Origin: Hydrolagus colliei | Taxonomy: Eukaryota | Length of the DNA stretch: 64,000 bases | Reading direction: 5' to 3' | Assembly: GCA_035084275.1 (NCBI GenBank) | Contig: CM068749.1 | Span: forward strand, 15,810,001 to 15,874,000 | Shown here: one piece after another, positions 26,571 to 39,323 of the stretch | Layout: each line of letters starts with the position of its first letter | How positions within the stretch are numbered: position 1 is the stretch's first letter | Made by a program: the position numbers and the translations under genes | The notes under the pieces: generated by a model | What the model was told of the DNA's origin: nothing | The model's input: only the letters and a program-made list of their open reading frames with translations | Databases searched by the model: none

Positions 26571-27407
26571 AGTTGAAGGATGGCTGGTCTTGTGTCTCTC
26601 AAAGGATACAATTATTGTGGTACAGGCCAACTACCCAAAGCCCTACAATTACTGCTGCCAGTCACTGCCAGTATCATGTGAAGCTCCAACATGCCTTACA
26701 GCCAATGTGTCACAATTTAACAGCGTAAACCAACACATTTCAGAGTCATTACCCACATATGCTAAGCATGGGTATGTCTGGATACCTAAAATTAGGAGTG
26801 AAGGTGTTTCTTGTCATGAGTTTGATTTGGTGAGGCTAGTAGACAACTTTATTCTATGTGACACCCCGAGTAGCGATTTCCCTACCATGTGCTTGAGTGT
26901 GATCGCGGTATAACATTGTTCATGCTTGTGACTACCTACTTATGCCTGAGTGTGGTGCCATGTAATAAGAGTTCAACGATTACAACACTGAAAAGTGATG
27001 GTGTGAAGGGGAGGATATACAAATTTAGGTTCACCCAGACACTGCAAATGGTTCAGAGAAGCTCAAGGAGCTTTCATAAGGGTATTCATATGGGACAAAT
27101 AAGTGCTATTTGAAAAGAAATGTCTTGAGCTTGTGACATCCCTTATGATAGCTTGAAATTGTCATAAATAATTCAGCATAAATTCTTTAAATGTTAGGGA
27201 GGAACATGCATTTCATACTCCATTGAAAATGGTTACAACCCCCAATGTAAAAATAAAGCAAGAGCTAAAAAATGGTCAAACTTAATTTATGAAGCTTACA
27301 ATTTACGTACTTTACAAATAGCTGTAAGATGTAAGTCACAATTTCTCTTAAGCTTTTTCTGCATCGGAAATATCTTTGTTGTGTTTCCTCTGATACACTG
27401 GTAATTG

Positions 27408-27522
27408 GCCCACAAAATATACAGTCAATTCACTTTACAGTATATTCTGTGAAATGCTTTGGGATGTCTCGAAGATGTAATAAGCTGCTATACCAAATGC
27501 AAGGATTATTATTATTATTATT
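27408..27522 (+). mobile_element. SINE 3' fragment (TCGAA loop)
   Basis: gcccacaaaatatacagtcaattcactttacagtatattctgtgaa...gtctcgaagatgtaataag...caaatgcaaggattattattattatt. Confidence 0.9.
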
Positions 27523-28079
27523 GAAGCTAAAGCATCAACTTTGGGATATTCTCCTTCACAGTCAAGCAATTTTGACTCTCTTTTAGTGTCAAGATCATAT
27601 GAGGAAGATTTAATGTGTGGTCAAAGTTGATGTTCTAGTCACAAAAGCAGTCTATTCTGAAGGATTAGTTAAGTTGTGGTGGGAATCTGGTTTTATGGAG
27701 AGCAATGGAAATGCAGGGAGGAAATGTTTCTGAGTGGCATACTTCATTGGTTATACATCTGAGATTCATTCATAGTTTCTGTTACCATGGAAGCACCTAA
27801 GAGTATTTGAAGCAGTGTGCTGGATCTCTGTTCCTTGTGACAACCATTACAAAATCCAACCGCTGATTTCAAATGGCCTCACGTCTTCCGAAATAATAAC
27901 AAATTTCACAAAGGACAAGAACTCAGCGACCAAACCTTAACTGTTGTTAACTCACCTTTGGGTCATGAATTGGACTCTAATGAAGAAGGCAGCCTCAGCT
28001 TTACCCCTATTGTAAAATAGTAACTTGTCTGAGCTGACATTAGGGCATTGTGGCATGCCATTCCCACCCACTTTATTGC

Positions 28080-28140
28080 TGAAAGAACATAAAGAACACA
28101 GCACTCGGAAAACGCCATTCACTCCATCTAGTTCACCCTG
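28080..28140 (-). mobile_element. CR1-type 3' tail remnant
   Basis: aagaacataaagaac...gccattcactccatctag resembles the reverse complement of the fish CR1 tail (gatgggccgaatggcc...atgttct). Confidence 0.4.
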
Positions 28141-29474
28141 TCATTTAAATATCAGCAAAACAGGAGCAATTATCCCAGCAATTTTTCTAAAGGGTGAGTC
28201 ACCGAAAATGCGTCATTATTGAAAAATGACCATTGTGCAGCAGAACAGCTTTAAATACTCCAGTAATTAGTGTTCAGTTCTGCTTGTGAATATCTGATGT
28301 GAGAAGCAATTAGGGAAGCTGGCAGATACTTTGTAAAGACATTCTTTTTCTGTGCCTCTTTTTGTTGTAGTTCCTTGTATCAAAGGGTCAAAGTTTTGAC
28401 TGAATGTAATTTACCACTAACCCTCAAACCCTCACCCTTAAAGCACTCGTTGCAGCATTTGTTGTGCTAACTGTCTGGTTTGCTACATTGTTAATTAACT
28501 TCACCCATCCACTGCACATTGTTTCTGCCATGCTGGGGAAGGTTATTCGAGGGATGAATACCCTACCTCCTGCACCTCACTACAGTTCATCTACTTAACA
28601 ATGACCAATAATTTTCATTTTAGCTTTGACACATCCTGGCTTGGATCCCAGGGGATACATTAAGCATTATCGTAATCCATGAATCCAGCTGGATTTGAAT
28701 ACCTGACTGCAAGCAAACTGTACTATTCTAACTGAAACTGACAAGACAAATGAGGATAGTTGCTTGCTGATTTTAAGGCCATTTAATATTTTAAAAAATT
28801 TGTGTTTCAAGAGCTGATTTGCTCAGTTGTTAAGACAGGATGCCAGTATTGAATGACACAAAGAGGAAGAATTCTTTCATTAAATTCTTTCTTCCTTTCC
28901 TTTCAGGCGAGATAATGAGGTTCCTATACACCAAAGGCTTGACTCTGTTTGGTTTGTGACAGCACCAAAGATGCATTGGTCATGAGATTTTTTTTGTATC
29001 TTTTTACACTCTTCCAATATATTTTAAAAAAATACAATTTGAGGAATTTAATGGTGTGGATGTGGATTTGCACTCAGAAGAAACAAAAAAAGTTTAACTA
29101 AGTAAGAAACAAGGTCTTGTTTGATTTCAGCCTTCTCAACAGCTTGAATGGATGTGAGAGGGACACATGCAAACAACTACTGTTCATCGTGGTGGATTGT
29201 GTGTGATGATGTACAGCTGTTATGCAGCACCACAAAGAACTGACATGACACTTTGTATCCTCATTGCACGTTGGACACTGACTTAAAGTGGAGGGGTCTT
29301 TATCCCATTGTTTTTCGGCTAGAATTAATCCAAGTCGTGAAGCAGTGGTGTGTTAACCCACTCTACCAACCAGAGGTGACACAATTTGTTTTGTGTGTTC
29401 GTCATTTTTCTTTCCCTCCCTCGAGTCACCCACCCCATTCCTCAGCAAGGACATAGCCCATGTGGCTTTCAGGT

Positions 29475-30324
29475 TATTGATTGGCTCAAGCCAGCGCCTC
29501 CGCACATCGGGCGCTGCCAGCCTCAACATCCAAGGCTGCACTCTCCACCTCACAAAGCCAATCAGGAACCTCGGCATCATGTTCGATCAAAAACTTTCCT
29601 TCCTCCCCCACATCCGCGCCTTGACCGGCACCGCCTATTTCCATCTGCGCAACATTGCCAGGCTCCGCAACTATCTTACCCCCCGCGCTGCCGAAACACT
29701 CGTGCACGCGTACATCACCTCACGGCTGGACTACGGAAACTCTCTCCTAGTCGGCCACCCCAGTTCCTCCATTCATAGGCTGCAGGCCATCCAAAACTCT
29801 GCAGCCCGTGTACTATCCCGCACCCGCCTCCGTGACCACATAACCCCCACCCTCGCCCGTCTCCACTGGCTCCCCATCCTCCAGAGGATCGAATTTAAGA
29901 TCCTCGTCCTCACCTACAAGGCCTTACACGGCCTTGCCCCATCCTACCTAGCCGATCTACTCTCCCCCTACACGCCCACCCGGGCCCTCCGTTCAACAGG
30001 ACTTGGCCTACTCCAAGCCCCCCGCCCGAACCGCCCCACCATTGGAGGCCGGGCCTTCAGTTTCTCCGCTCCCACCCTATGGAATGCCATCCCTCAATCC
30101 CTCCATTTCACCTCTTCCCTTTCCTCTTTCAAGGCCGATTTGAAGACTTTCCTCTTCGATCGTGCCTTTTGTTCCACCCCGAACTCTTTTACCTCCCCTT
30201 CGTGTTTCACCCCTTCCCAAACACTCCCCTCCCAGCTCGGGTCACACGCCTCTTGTTTAGCGCCTTGGGACGTCCTCCCGACGTGAAAGGCGCTATATAA
30301 ATGTAAATTGTTGTTGTTGTTGTT
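29475..30324 (+). mobile_element. 5'-truncated L2 LINE, least decayed copy (uninterrupted ORF2 C-terminus)
   Basis: ORF 29393-30286 contains IRNLGIMFD, AYFHLRNIARLR, LVHAYITSRLDYGNSLL, LQAIQNSAARV, LHWLPI..RIEFKIL, GGRAFS.SAPTLWN, FKADLKTFLF. 3' stem-loop AGCGCCTT..ACGTC-CTCCC-GACGT..AAGGCGCT and (GTT)n. Confidence 0.96.
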
Positions 30325-31389
30325 AGCAGTCTATGCTGCTTTGTACTCAGCTACCAGCTAGTTCATTCCCAAATTTGCCTTCCATCTCTACCTGGCATCC
30401 AATGGACAGTATGACTGAATCAGAAGCTTTTTCTGCATCGCAGCAACAAAGTAGTAAGCTGTCATGAAACCTGGTGCAATATAGAGTACTGATCGTATCA
30501 TATTAATTAATTCTTTACTTTGCAAGAGTGGAGCTGTGTGGGTGAAGGCCTTTCATTTAATGCTCTCATTCATTTTGCACCTCGAAATGTCATAGCTAAA
30601 TACTTTAGTGTAACATTGACTACAAATCACCTGTATGTTTCTCAGGCCAGGCCTCAACAAAAGATTGATGAACTGCTTTTATTTAAAATTGAAAAATGCT
30701 TTCTTTGTTTGCCCCAGCATAGCAGGTGAAAGCAGTAAATATAAAGTATGGCTCAAGGGCAACTTCAGACATTTGGAAGAAGCAATCTACTCTTCTTAGA
30801 TTAGCACTGTTATCAAATTTCAAATTATCAGTTACAATAAAATTGCTTGCAAGTAATAACATGGTAACCAACTTCAAAAATGAGGGAGGACGTTAATATT
30901 GCTCGATAATGTATTGACAGATTCTGCTGTCCAGGAAGATTCTTGCCTGTGCCAATTTGGTTTAGAAGTCTGGTGTTTGGACAAGATATCAAGAAGACAG
31001 TCAAAACACAGTTCATTGAGAAGAGGACAGTTTGAACTGTCTGACCACTTGCTTTATTTATCTAAAGTACGTTTTGAGAGTCCAAAAATGAAAATCAATG
31101 CATCGGTGATAGATTGTTGCACAGCAACTACAGATGAGTTATATACTTCACAATATGAAAACCACTTCCAGACTCTGGACCTGTAAATAAAGAAATGTTT
31201 TGTGGTGCTGGGCAGGTCTCATATCATTAATTGCAGATACATCAGGTAGGCATATCAAGAAAATGATCAAGTAAGGGAATTACAAGCAGGAAGAAAAATG
31301 AATGCAGCCAATATCTTCTCTCTCTCCACTATCTTTAGAGATGACAGTAAAAAATAAATCATTCTGTGAGGCTCTCCTGACAGTTGTCA

Positions 31390-31562
31390 CACAAGTGTTC
31401 AAAGTTGAAAAGTGTTAATATTCCCAGGAAAAAGCTTTGGAAGCTGAGTTGATTAATTCCTTCAAAAAGAGTTGGATAAATATCTGGTTGGAAATGAGAC
31501 TGGAGATTGTTGCAGTGTGTAGAGGCTTCAGTGACATGGTGCACAATAGTTTGTTTCTTCCT
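31390..31562 (+). mobile_element. Degraded CR1 LINE 3' end
   Basis: KALEAELINSFKK then frameshift to ELDKYL matches the CR1 ORF2 terminal motif (VVEA.S...FK.ELD.YL). Confidence 0.6.
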
Positions 31563-32379
31563 GGGGCTGGTGGCAGAAAACAATGGTGTGTGAATGATAG
31601 CAGGCTTGGGTTGAACAATAGAGATGTGAGTGTGCTTGAATATTGTCTTATGTTTATTAACCTTTCAGAATCAGTGCATTTTGTGAGCTTCTGCTGGGCA
31701 TTTTCCACCCAATTTTCTTTAAAGTTGTCGCTTGCCAAGTGCCAAACTCACTCCAATGATGACAGGAACAGCACAGAACTGCTTCCAACAATGGTAATGA
31801 GAGGGAACGCAAACCATTCATGTGGTCATCAAGCACTTCCATCACTAAGAGGTGCAAAATTAAAATGATTCCCAGAAAAAAAATCTGATGATATTCAACA
31901 AGCAAAAAGACTTTGTTCTACTAAATTTGTTTCTTGGAAAGTGTGTATGGGGGGCTAGCGGGGTGGATTGGGAGCAATTTAGTGCTCCTCTTGTTGAGTG
32001 ATGTTGCTCTGAAGAATGGAACATTTTCTTACCTTTTACATTGAGCTTAATAATCATTAAACGCTCCAGCACCCGACTTATCATGGGTTGGATACAGAAT
32101 GAATGTGACTAGGTTCTCCAGGCAATGTTCCTTCACCCCAAACTAAGAATATCACCTTTAACTGACAAGTGCAATATTTCCATTCTCCACACCAGACATC
32201 CTTTTGGCCTTTTGGAGCTGAGAATGTAATTTGTGTTGAATTGAAAGTAGTTTTATACTCTTGACTTACGCATCTGGGAATTGGATTGAGACAGTCTTCA
32301 TTCAATGCACTGAGAGCCAACCCCTTGCAGCCATCAGAAAACAGAATACTATAGTTTCCCCAATGGCCTAGCAATTGAG

Positions 32380-32720
32380 GCAACACCATGTATACCACTG
32401 AGCTATACAGAGCAAAAGCTCAATGATCCAATTGCCTTTCTCGGTTAAATTAGCCTTATCTCATTGAGGCAAAGGTTTGAGTTCTCCAAATGGCTTGGAG
32501 CTTGCTGTTCAAGGGAGAAATCTATCTCGATTTCTGTTCCCGATTCCTGTCCGGTGATTTCTGCTCCATGTCCGGCTGCCATTGGGGAAGAAGGAGATTG
32601 AACTCAACTATGATAATCTCTGAATCGAATAGCCTGTTGGCATCATTGTCTGGGCTCACTCAGGAAGAAAGGTCACTTGATTGAGGCACTGGACAGCTGC
32701 CAGCCATTTGACTCCCGAGA
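32380..32720 (+). mobile_element. Ancient diverged SINE-like repeat (tentatively AmnSINE2-like), longest copy
   Basis: cactgagctatacaga...gtgatttctgct...gaatagcctgttggcatcattgtctgggctcac...ggtcacttg..gaggcactgga; motifs recur at 46020, 49390 and 51150. Confidence 0.5.
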
Positions 32721-34589
32721 CCTCTGGCTGGTACTGTTTTGACAAGGTACCAGCAACTTTACTAAACCATTATGTTTCTTTAAGCTACATATCTTACTCA
32801 ATTTGTTTCACGGGGCATTACGATGACCTGGTTGTTATATAGAACAGAATATAGACACAGAAACTCGACTGTACATAAAAGAAGAAGCTGTGGAAACAAA
32901 AGACTAGTATTTCAGAAGGCCAATTTTAAACTTAGATTACTTTCTAAAAAGTTCAACCCAGCAACTTTCCTGCATATGAACTGAATCATAAAACTTTAAA
33001 TTCATAATTTTTATTCTCGTCTCTTACGTTTTCAAAAAAATTATATTCTTGCAAATAAATAAGACCATGAGTTCAATGATAATTTGGAATCATTAAGTCT
33101 TGTGTCAGCCACCATGGTAAATTGTTATGTTTCCATTAACTGCTTTTTAAAAAACATTAAATTGCTTTCAAAACGCCAGCATATAATTAAAAACTCATTA
33201 TCTGCAGATTGTACTTTATATTCCAAAATAAATAAGTTCCACAGACAACTCGTTTTATTACTGACAGTTAGTTGCTGCCATGAAACTAAACATCATAAAA
33301 CACTGAAATAAAATAACCTTTATAAATCACAATGGAAACTGTATCCATTGCCAGCCTGCTAACGGGATTTACATACTGTACTGACCTGTTTCATTCTGAA
33401 CTGATTATTAAGTAGAAAAAGAAATTGTGTCCATTTTGCAGTTTTCAGTTGAATGTTAAAAACAATAAATAAAAAGATGCATCAAAAAAGTTTTTAAAAA
33501 AAACGCTATTGGGATGCTGGTGATCTTTCACTCCTTGGGAAGCTGTTGGTGTTACACGTCAATTAAATAAATCCTGTAACAAGGAGTAGCAAACTAGGAG
33601 TACAATCACCTCTTTGTGTCTTTAACCAACTGTCTGCGAAAGGTACAATTTAACAAGATGAGCAAGACAGTCAATTAGCTGAGATCCCTGGTTTTTCTTT
33701 CTGGCTCTTTCTAACTGTTTCACCATATCTTTCATGGGCCTCCCCCTTTTCTCTCCCCTTTCTCACTGTATTTTTTCTGTCAGCCTTTATTTTCTCTCGC
33801 TATCCGTGTTCCTTTCTTTCTCAGCCTCCACCCTCTTAGTTTGTTTCTATTCCTTTCTTGTCTTTCACAAACACAGCGAGGATTTCCACTTCTCATGCAG
33901 ACAGCTGAACAGCCAGCATTGAAGCATCCCAGCTTCAGTCTGCTTCGCCTAAGCATTATACACACAGGAAGCAACAGCTAATTAACACAATCCGTGCACT
34001 GCTCAACTCTCACCAACAGCCAGGTGCCCGAATGTAGAGAATTGGCATAAATATACCAGAAACATCTAAATTCTTTCCGGCATTAAAATGTTCACTCTCT
34101 TGGCACTTAGTATTAAGTCGGTCATCTTTGCCACAATATCTACATCCACTTGAAATTTATTTTATCAATGCATTTTTATGGTAGGTGCATCGTTTAATTC
34201 CACCAGATTTGCTGATGATTTTAAGCGATTGCTGATCATAAAGTAAGACCCGTGGTGTGAATAACTGGAGAGTGATCTCCAGTGGGAACCATCGCTGAGG
34301 TGTCCCCCCCCCCCCACCCCCTTCTTTAAGATCACAAGCAATCGAATTGTGGCCGTGGCTGCCACAGGCTAACTCAGTCCAGGGAAATATTTGAAAAGCT
34401 GCAAATTTCTGGACTGTTTGGATTTGTTTTGTGGGACAGTGAGTTTAAAGTCTCGATTTGGAGGGGGGAAAGGTATTAACTGGTTAGCTGGATGAAACAA
34501 TGTTTCATCCAGCTAAACCCACAATGTTCTACAGAGAGAGCAACCAATTGAGCCAGACTAGTGCATGCTTTTCTGCTTTGGGAGAAAAG

Positions 34590-34754
34590 AGGCTCTCCGT
34601 GGCTTTGCTCCTTCCTATGTCTGTGACCTGCTGACCCTATATCAACTGGTCCTCTTCCTCCGCTCAGCAGGCTGCGACCTGCTCCATGTCTCATGTCCGC
34701 ATGCCTTTCCATCGGTGGTCAGGCCTTCATCCTCTTTAACCTCACCCATTGGAA
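34590..34754 (+). mobile_element. L2 ORF2 C-terminal fragment
   Basis: ALRGFAPSYVCDLLTLY...LRSAG.DLL.V, then atcggtggtcaggccttc...tggaactcc (IGGRAF...WNS). Confidence 0.8.
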
Positions 34755-34984
34755 CTCCACTCCATATGCCTAATAATAATCCCTGAAAAAAACCCTGTAA
34801 TAAATTGGTCATTTCAATTCATGACTGTTTGTGGGACACTGCTGTGCACAATTGGCCTACCACATTTTGCCCACAAATATACAGGTAATTCACTTTACAG
34901 TATATTCTGTGAAGCGCTTTGAGATGTCTAGAAGACGTGAAAAGCACAATAGTAAATGCAAGGAGTATTATTATTATTATTATT
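34755..34984 (+). mobile_element. 5'-truncated SINE (short, TAGAA-loop subfamily)
   Basis: actccatatgcctaataataatccc...ggtcatttcaattc...gtctagaagacgtgaaaagcac...(tat)n. Confidence 0.92.
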
Positions 34985-35114
34985 GCTGTGTGCATATTGG
35001 CTGTCACTTTTGCACCAAATGCTAACAGTCATACCATTTTACAGTATATCCTGTGAAGCACCTTGAGACGTCCACCAAAGTGAATGGGTGTTTTATGAAA
35101 TGCAAGGATTATTA
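34985..35114 (+). mobile_element. Second tandem SINE 3' fragment
   Basis: gctgtgtgcatattggctg...ttacagtatatcctgtgaagcaccttgagacgtc...aaatgcaaggattatt. Confidence 0.75.
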
Positions 35115-36475
35115 TTTCCTGGGAGAGTCATGCCATCATTAACCAATAGGACGTTTAATCTTAATGGCTGGTCAACCGATTGTCATTAATTTGCATTACT
35201 GTATTCTGGAGGTTGTTTCAGAGTTTGAACATTTTATCTCTACACAAACAAATTATGAACTTGCCACTACTTCTGGGACATGAACCTTTGATCTCAGTGT
35301 GGAGGGATTGTCTTCTAACATTGTATTGCTTTGTTTCATCCAGCTAACCAGTTAATACAATGGGCTGAATGGCCTTCAACTAATATTTAAGAGACCTATT
35401 GTCCATGTTCAAAAGTTTCAGTTGTGTTTATTCTCTTCCGGAGCGTCTGTTCAGCTCTTCCTAACTTTTCTATTCAAAACCTCAGTGAATATAATTAAAA
35501 TAAAACATTAAATTGAATGTAACAAAGGTGTGGGGTTCTACATATTTTACAAGAGGAAAACGCAAAGAATATCCTTGAAGTCAAAACATTCTATCAAAAT
35601 TAAAACACTGAGGTGCGATTATATGACTCACCTTTCCATCAATGGTTTTTCATTCTCTTACAAAATGCATTTGAGAATTCATTGCTTAGTGGTCTTCATC
35701 GGAAGACTGGATTGCATGTTTTCAGTTACGTCTCTCTTTCCACCAGTACAAGCAGACTAAACCAAAGCTTCACACTTTGTCAGTTTTATGTTGTGCTGTC
35801 TGAATAAGAAACAGCAGTTGCTCAAATTAAATAGGACAATCATGCAGTGGGAATTTGATAACATATTATGATTTTTAGACAAGAGTCAAGCAGAAATCGC
35901 AGTACAGTATATTAACCAGTTTAATGTAAAGTGGACAATGCAGGCATACAATTAAATTGGTATGGACAAAATCCCTGCTTTGTGAACTGTTACATGCAGA
36001 ATGTGAGTGTTCTCTTCATGAATTATTAGGAAATATCGTACCATGATCTGCATTATTTCAAGTTCGGTACTGCCCATTAACTACTGGGGCGATTGAATTT
36101 TGTCCATGTTAAGTGCATCACTGATAGATAACAACATCAACGGCACTTGGCAAATTTTGAAGTTCTGAGCAAAAATCATTCTGATTTCACATTCCTTGTT
36201 GAACCAGATACTCTCAGTGATGCTGCAGTGTAATTATCAATAATACATGAGACCTTCAGTTAAAATTAGACAATGATCCTTCTCTTGTATTACAAATACA
36301 AGAACTATCTTGGATCTATGTTCAACCATGGGAGAAGTAAACTAACTCCAGATTAGTTTGCTGGTAACTGATTCTCTGCCACAACAAAAGAATGAGTAGC
36401 AAATTGAGGTTTTCAAAACTATGAATGGTTTTCATAAACTAAATAAATTATTTCAAGAATGAGTATTTAACTCAA

Positions 36476-36790
36476 ATGCCCTCCTTGCTGGCATCCTCCA
36501 CTATTCACAATATTCAACTCATCCAAACCTCGACCACCCACATTCTCACCCGCTCAAAACCCATACTCCGATTACCCCAGTCCTTGCCAAACTCCAGATC
36601 CTCATTTCAGTATTTAAATCCCTCCATGCCTGGGCACCCCCCCTACCTCTCCAATTTCCTCACAGCACTACCCACTGCCTCCGACCTTCTCCTTTACCTG
36701 CAAATCCCCTGCTCCACCAACGGCGGCCATACCTTCAGCCACTATTCCCCAAAGCTATGGAACTCCCTCCTTCAACTCCCTCCTTCCTTG
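36476..36790 (+). mobile_element. Degraded L2 ORF2 C-terminal fragment
   Basis: STIHNIQLIQTS..HILTRSK; PPYLS; GGHTFSHYSPKLWNSL; similar to the 14790 copy. Confidence 0.85.
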
Positions 36791-36924
36791 TTATTGTTAA
36801 CATAATTTAAAGATTTACCAGAAATAAAAAGTACAAATTGGGTGTGGGGGTGTACAAGATTCACGTTTACATAGTGGGAGAGAAAAAATACTTCACAGAG
36901 TTTTACCATGAAGTGTAGGCACTG

Positions 36925-37125
36925 TGTGTTTGTGGGCTCTAGGATTTATGAGAATATGGAATCTTTTACCAAAAATGACTGGTGGAATCAAGTCCCCAAC
37001 ATCATATAAAAGGGTCTTGGATAGTTCCTTAAAAACACTTGCAGAAAGCTCCAGTGGGGGAACTAGCACTAGTTTTGACATGAAGCACTCAATGGCCTCC
37101 TCCTATGGTATAAGCATTCAATATG
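36925..37125 (+). mobile_element. Degraded CR1 LINE 3' end
   Basis: MRIWNLLPK...SPTSYKRVLDSSL matches CR1 WN.LP....S...FK..LD..L, followed by the tail motif aatggcctcctcct. Confidence 0.7.
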
Positions 37126-38438
37126 AACAAATAATCCCACTCTTTTATAAAAGGAGTAAGCAACTTTCAAAAGAAAGTTTCTCAAATTGCTAGTCAACAT
37201 TAAAAAAATTCCTGTTGATTTACATCCACCAATGTATATTTTTGAATGCTTATTCATATGTTCTGCTTCTTCACATGAACGATTGTGTGTTTTTTTTATA
37301 TACATGGCCTAAATCTCCTCACCTTTATAATCCACATTTTTGATACAAAATGTCAATCTGAAACTCTTGTGAGCATCTCAATCAGATATGGAAATCTGCT
37401 GAACAGCAAAATGAAAATATATTGATTCTAGCATGTGAGGAGTCAAGTCAGATACATTGTATGTACCAATAAAATAATTAGAATATTTCAGCCATATACT
37501 GTGGGATTGATGAGAAGAATCTATTTCCCTGAAAATAATAAGAGTAAAACTAGGGCAGCTCCCCCATGCAATCTTAAACAATGGCACATGCAGCAGGCAA
37601 CCAATAACAAATGATGCCTTTTTTTTACTTGTGTTTTTTTGGTGATCAAACATCATACGTGCCCTTGAGAAAACACCAAACAGCTGTATTACTAGCACTA
37701 TATCAAGATCCTTAATATATGGATTTCCTGTGCCTCCAACCACAAGCCTGCTTCTTCCTTCAACCATCAAGAAGCCTCACGTAATGTCTTATTTAACCAT
37801 TAAGTTATTTCAATCTTTGCAGGTCTCTCATATTTTATGTGTTTATTTTCCTTTCAGATTTGGAGCTCAATCAGTTTGCATTGTTTTGTCCTCTGAGTCC
37901 AGTTGCGGCGTTTTCATTTTTTTTGTAACAAGCTGACTGAGTGTACAGTGTGCTGGTGGGAAAAGCTTTGGTATGTGCAATATGGAAGTCATTATAATGG
38001 ATGAGCAAGGGTCTGGATTTTAATCCGCCTCTGTAAAGAGATTTGACCGGTTGCTTTGTTCCGCATTAACCTTTCATTTTCACTGCATTAGAAAAACACA
38101 ACTTTGTTACCTTTTATTTCCCCAAAAAATTTTTTGGGGCGCGTCGCTGAAACATTTTGTGAAAATAGAATAATTCAGTTTACTTCTGAATTCCCCCTAC
38201 TCCCCCACACTGAATAATGCTGGGGTGCAGCTCCATTGCTCAAATAATTGCTGGGTGGCCTCTGGTTTCTCCCTAACTTGGTCTTTTTTATGTGCCAGTC
38301 TAGGCAATCAGTGCGGAAGGACATTTGACCATTGAGAGAGTCACAGACAATCCAGAAGCTGTCCTCACTCATGTTCACACATGTGCACTTTCTGGGGTAG
38401 GTCCATTGGACAGCGATCGGCCTGATCATTTCCTTTTG

Positions 38439-38490
38439 CTCCTTGGGACGTCCTCCCAATGTGAAAGTAAATGTCATTTTGTTGTTGTTG
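38439..38490 (+). mobile_element. L2 extreme 3' tail
   Basis: ccttgggacgtcctcccaatgtgaaag...aaatgt..ttgttgttgttg. Confidence 0.8.
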
Positions 38491-38590
38491 TCCAGCACAG
38501 ATCAGCTAACTCAGCACAGATCAGAGACTGAAGCTGAAACCCTTTTGAGTTTGTATTTCACACCAGGAAATGGCTGAGCCATCTGGAGAA
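38491..38590 (-). mobile_element. 5' part of ancient SINE-like repeat
   Basis: Reverse complement gatggctcagcc...tctgtgctgagttagctgatct (A-box-like TGGCTCAG). Confidence 0.45.
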
Positions 38591-39212
38591 AGTGTTTTTT
38601 TTATTTCAAGTGTGCGGAAGCCAGCAGTAAAATATATGTGTTTTAAAGCACCAATTATAAATGACCCTGAAATTGATGTTGTGGGCTTCCCCAGCCAGAT
38701 GGTCAGGAGTAAGAGTTGAGATCACATTGGGCACCCCATGCAGTGAGCCTTTTCACGTTGCTAATGAACAAATCTGTAATATATTAAAAATACAGGGGAG
38801 AGAGGAGATGCCAGGGAAAGGCTTCTCTGTACAGCATAAGAAATGGAAGCTTTAATTAGAGAAAGGGACATGTCAAGAAAAGAAAGCCTGAACAGCTGAG
38901 CCTATAGGGCAGATACCGAAGACTGGTAAGCAACTAATAAAAAAGCAGTATGAAATCATTTAACACATGATGTCTGCAAAGGCTAATAGTTACAGATGAT
39001 GGATATTTAACAGCTTTTTTTTAAAAAAACAATGCTGTACCAAAATTATCTCTGTACTAACATTCAAATCAGCTGCTGCTAAAATCAGATTCTACATCTT
39101 GAAATTTCTTTATTTGTCATACTGTTTCCATTTCAAATTGTTCACTGACAGAAATTGTTATGAACAGATTTGCTTGAATGTTGTTTTGCAGCTTTGTTCT
39201 TTTGGTGTTTTG

Positions 39213-39323
39213 CCTGCAAAATATACAATCAATTCACTTTACAGTGTATTCTGTGAAGCACTTTGAGATAGTTCGAAGATGTGATAAGGCAGTATGTATA
39301 TTAAATGGAAGGATTATTATTAT
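39213..39323 (+). mobile_element. SINE 3' fragment (TCGAA loop, GATAAGG)
   Basis: caattcactttacagtgtattctgtgaagcactttgaga..ttcgaagatgtgataaggc...aaggattattatta. Confidence 0.88.

Noticed and set aside
29393-30286. Domesticated host gene from the 297-aa ORF
   Set aside because: It lacks the endonuclease and YADD regions, has a non-ATG start in flanking DNA and retains the L2 tail; best explained as a young truncated insertion.
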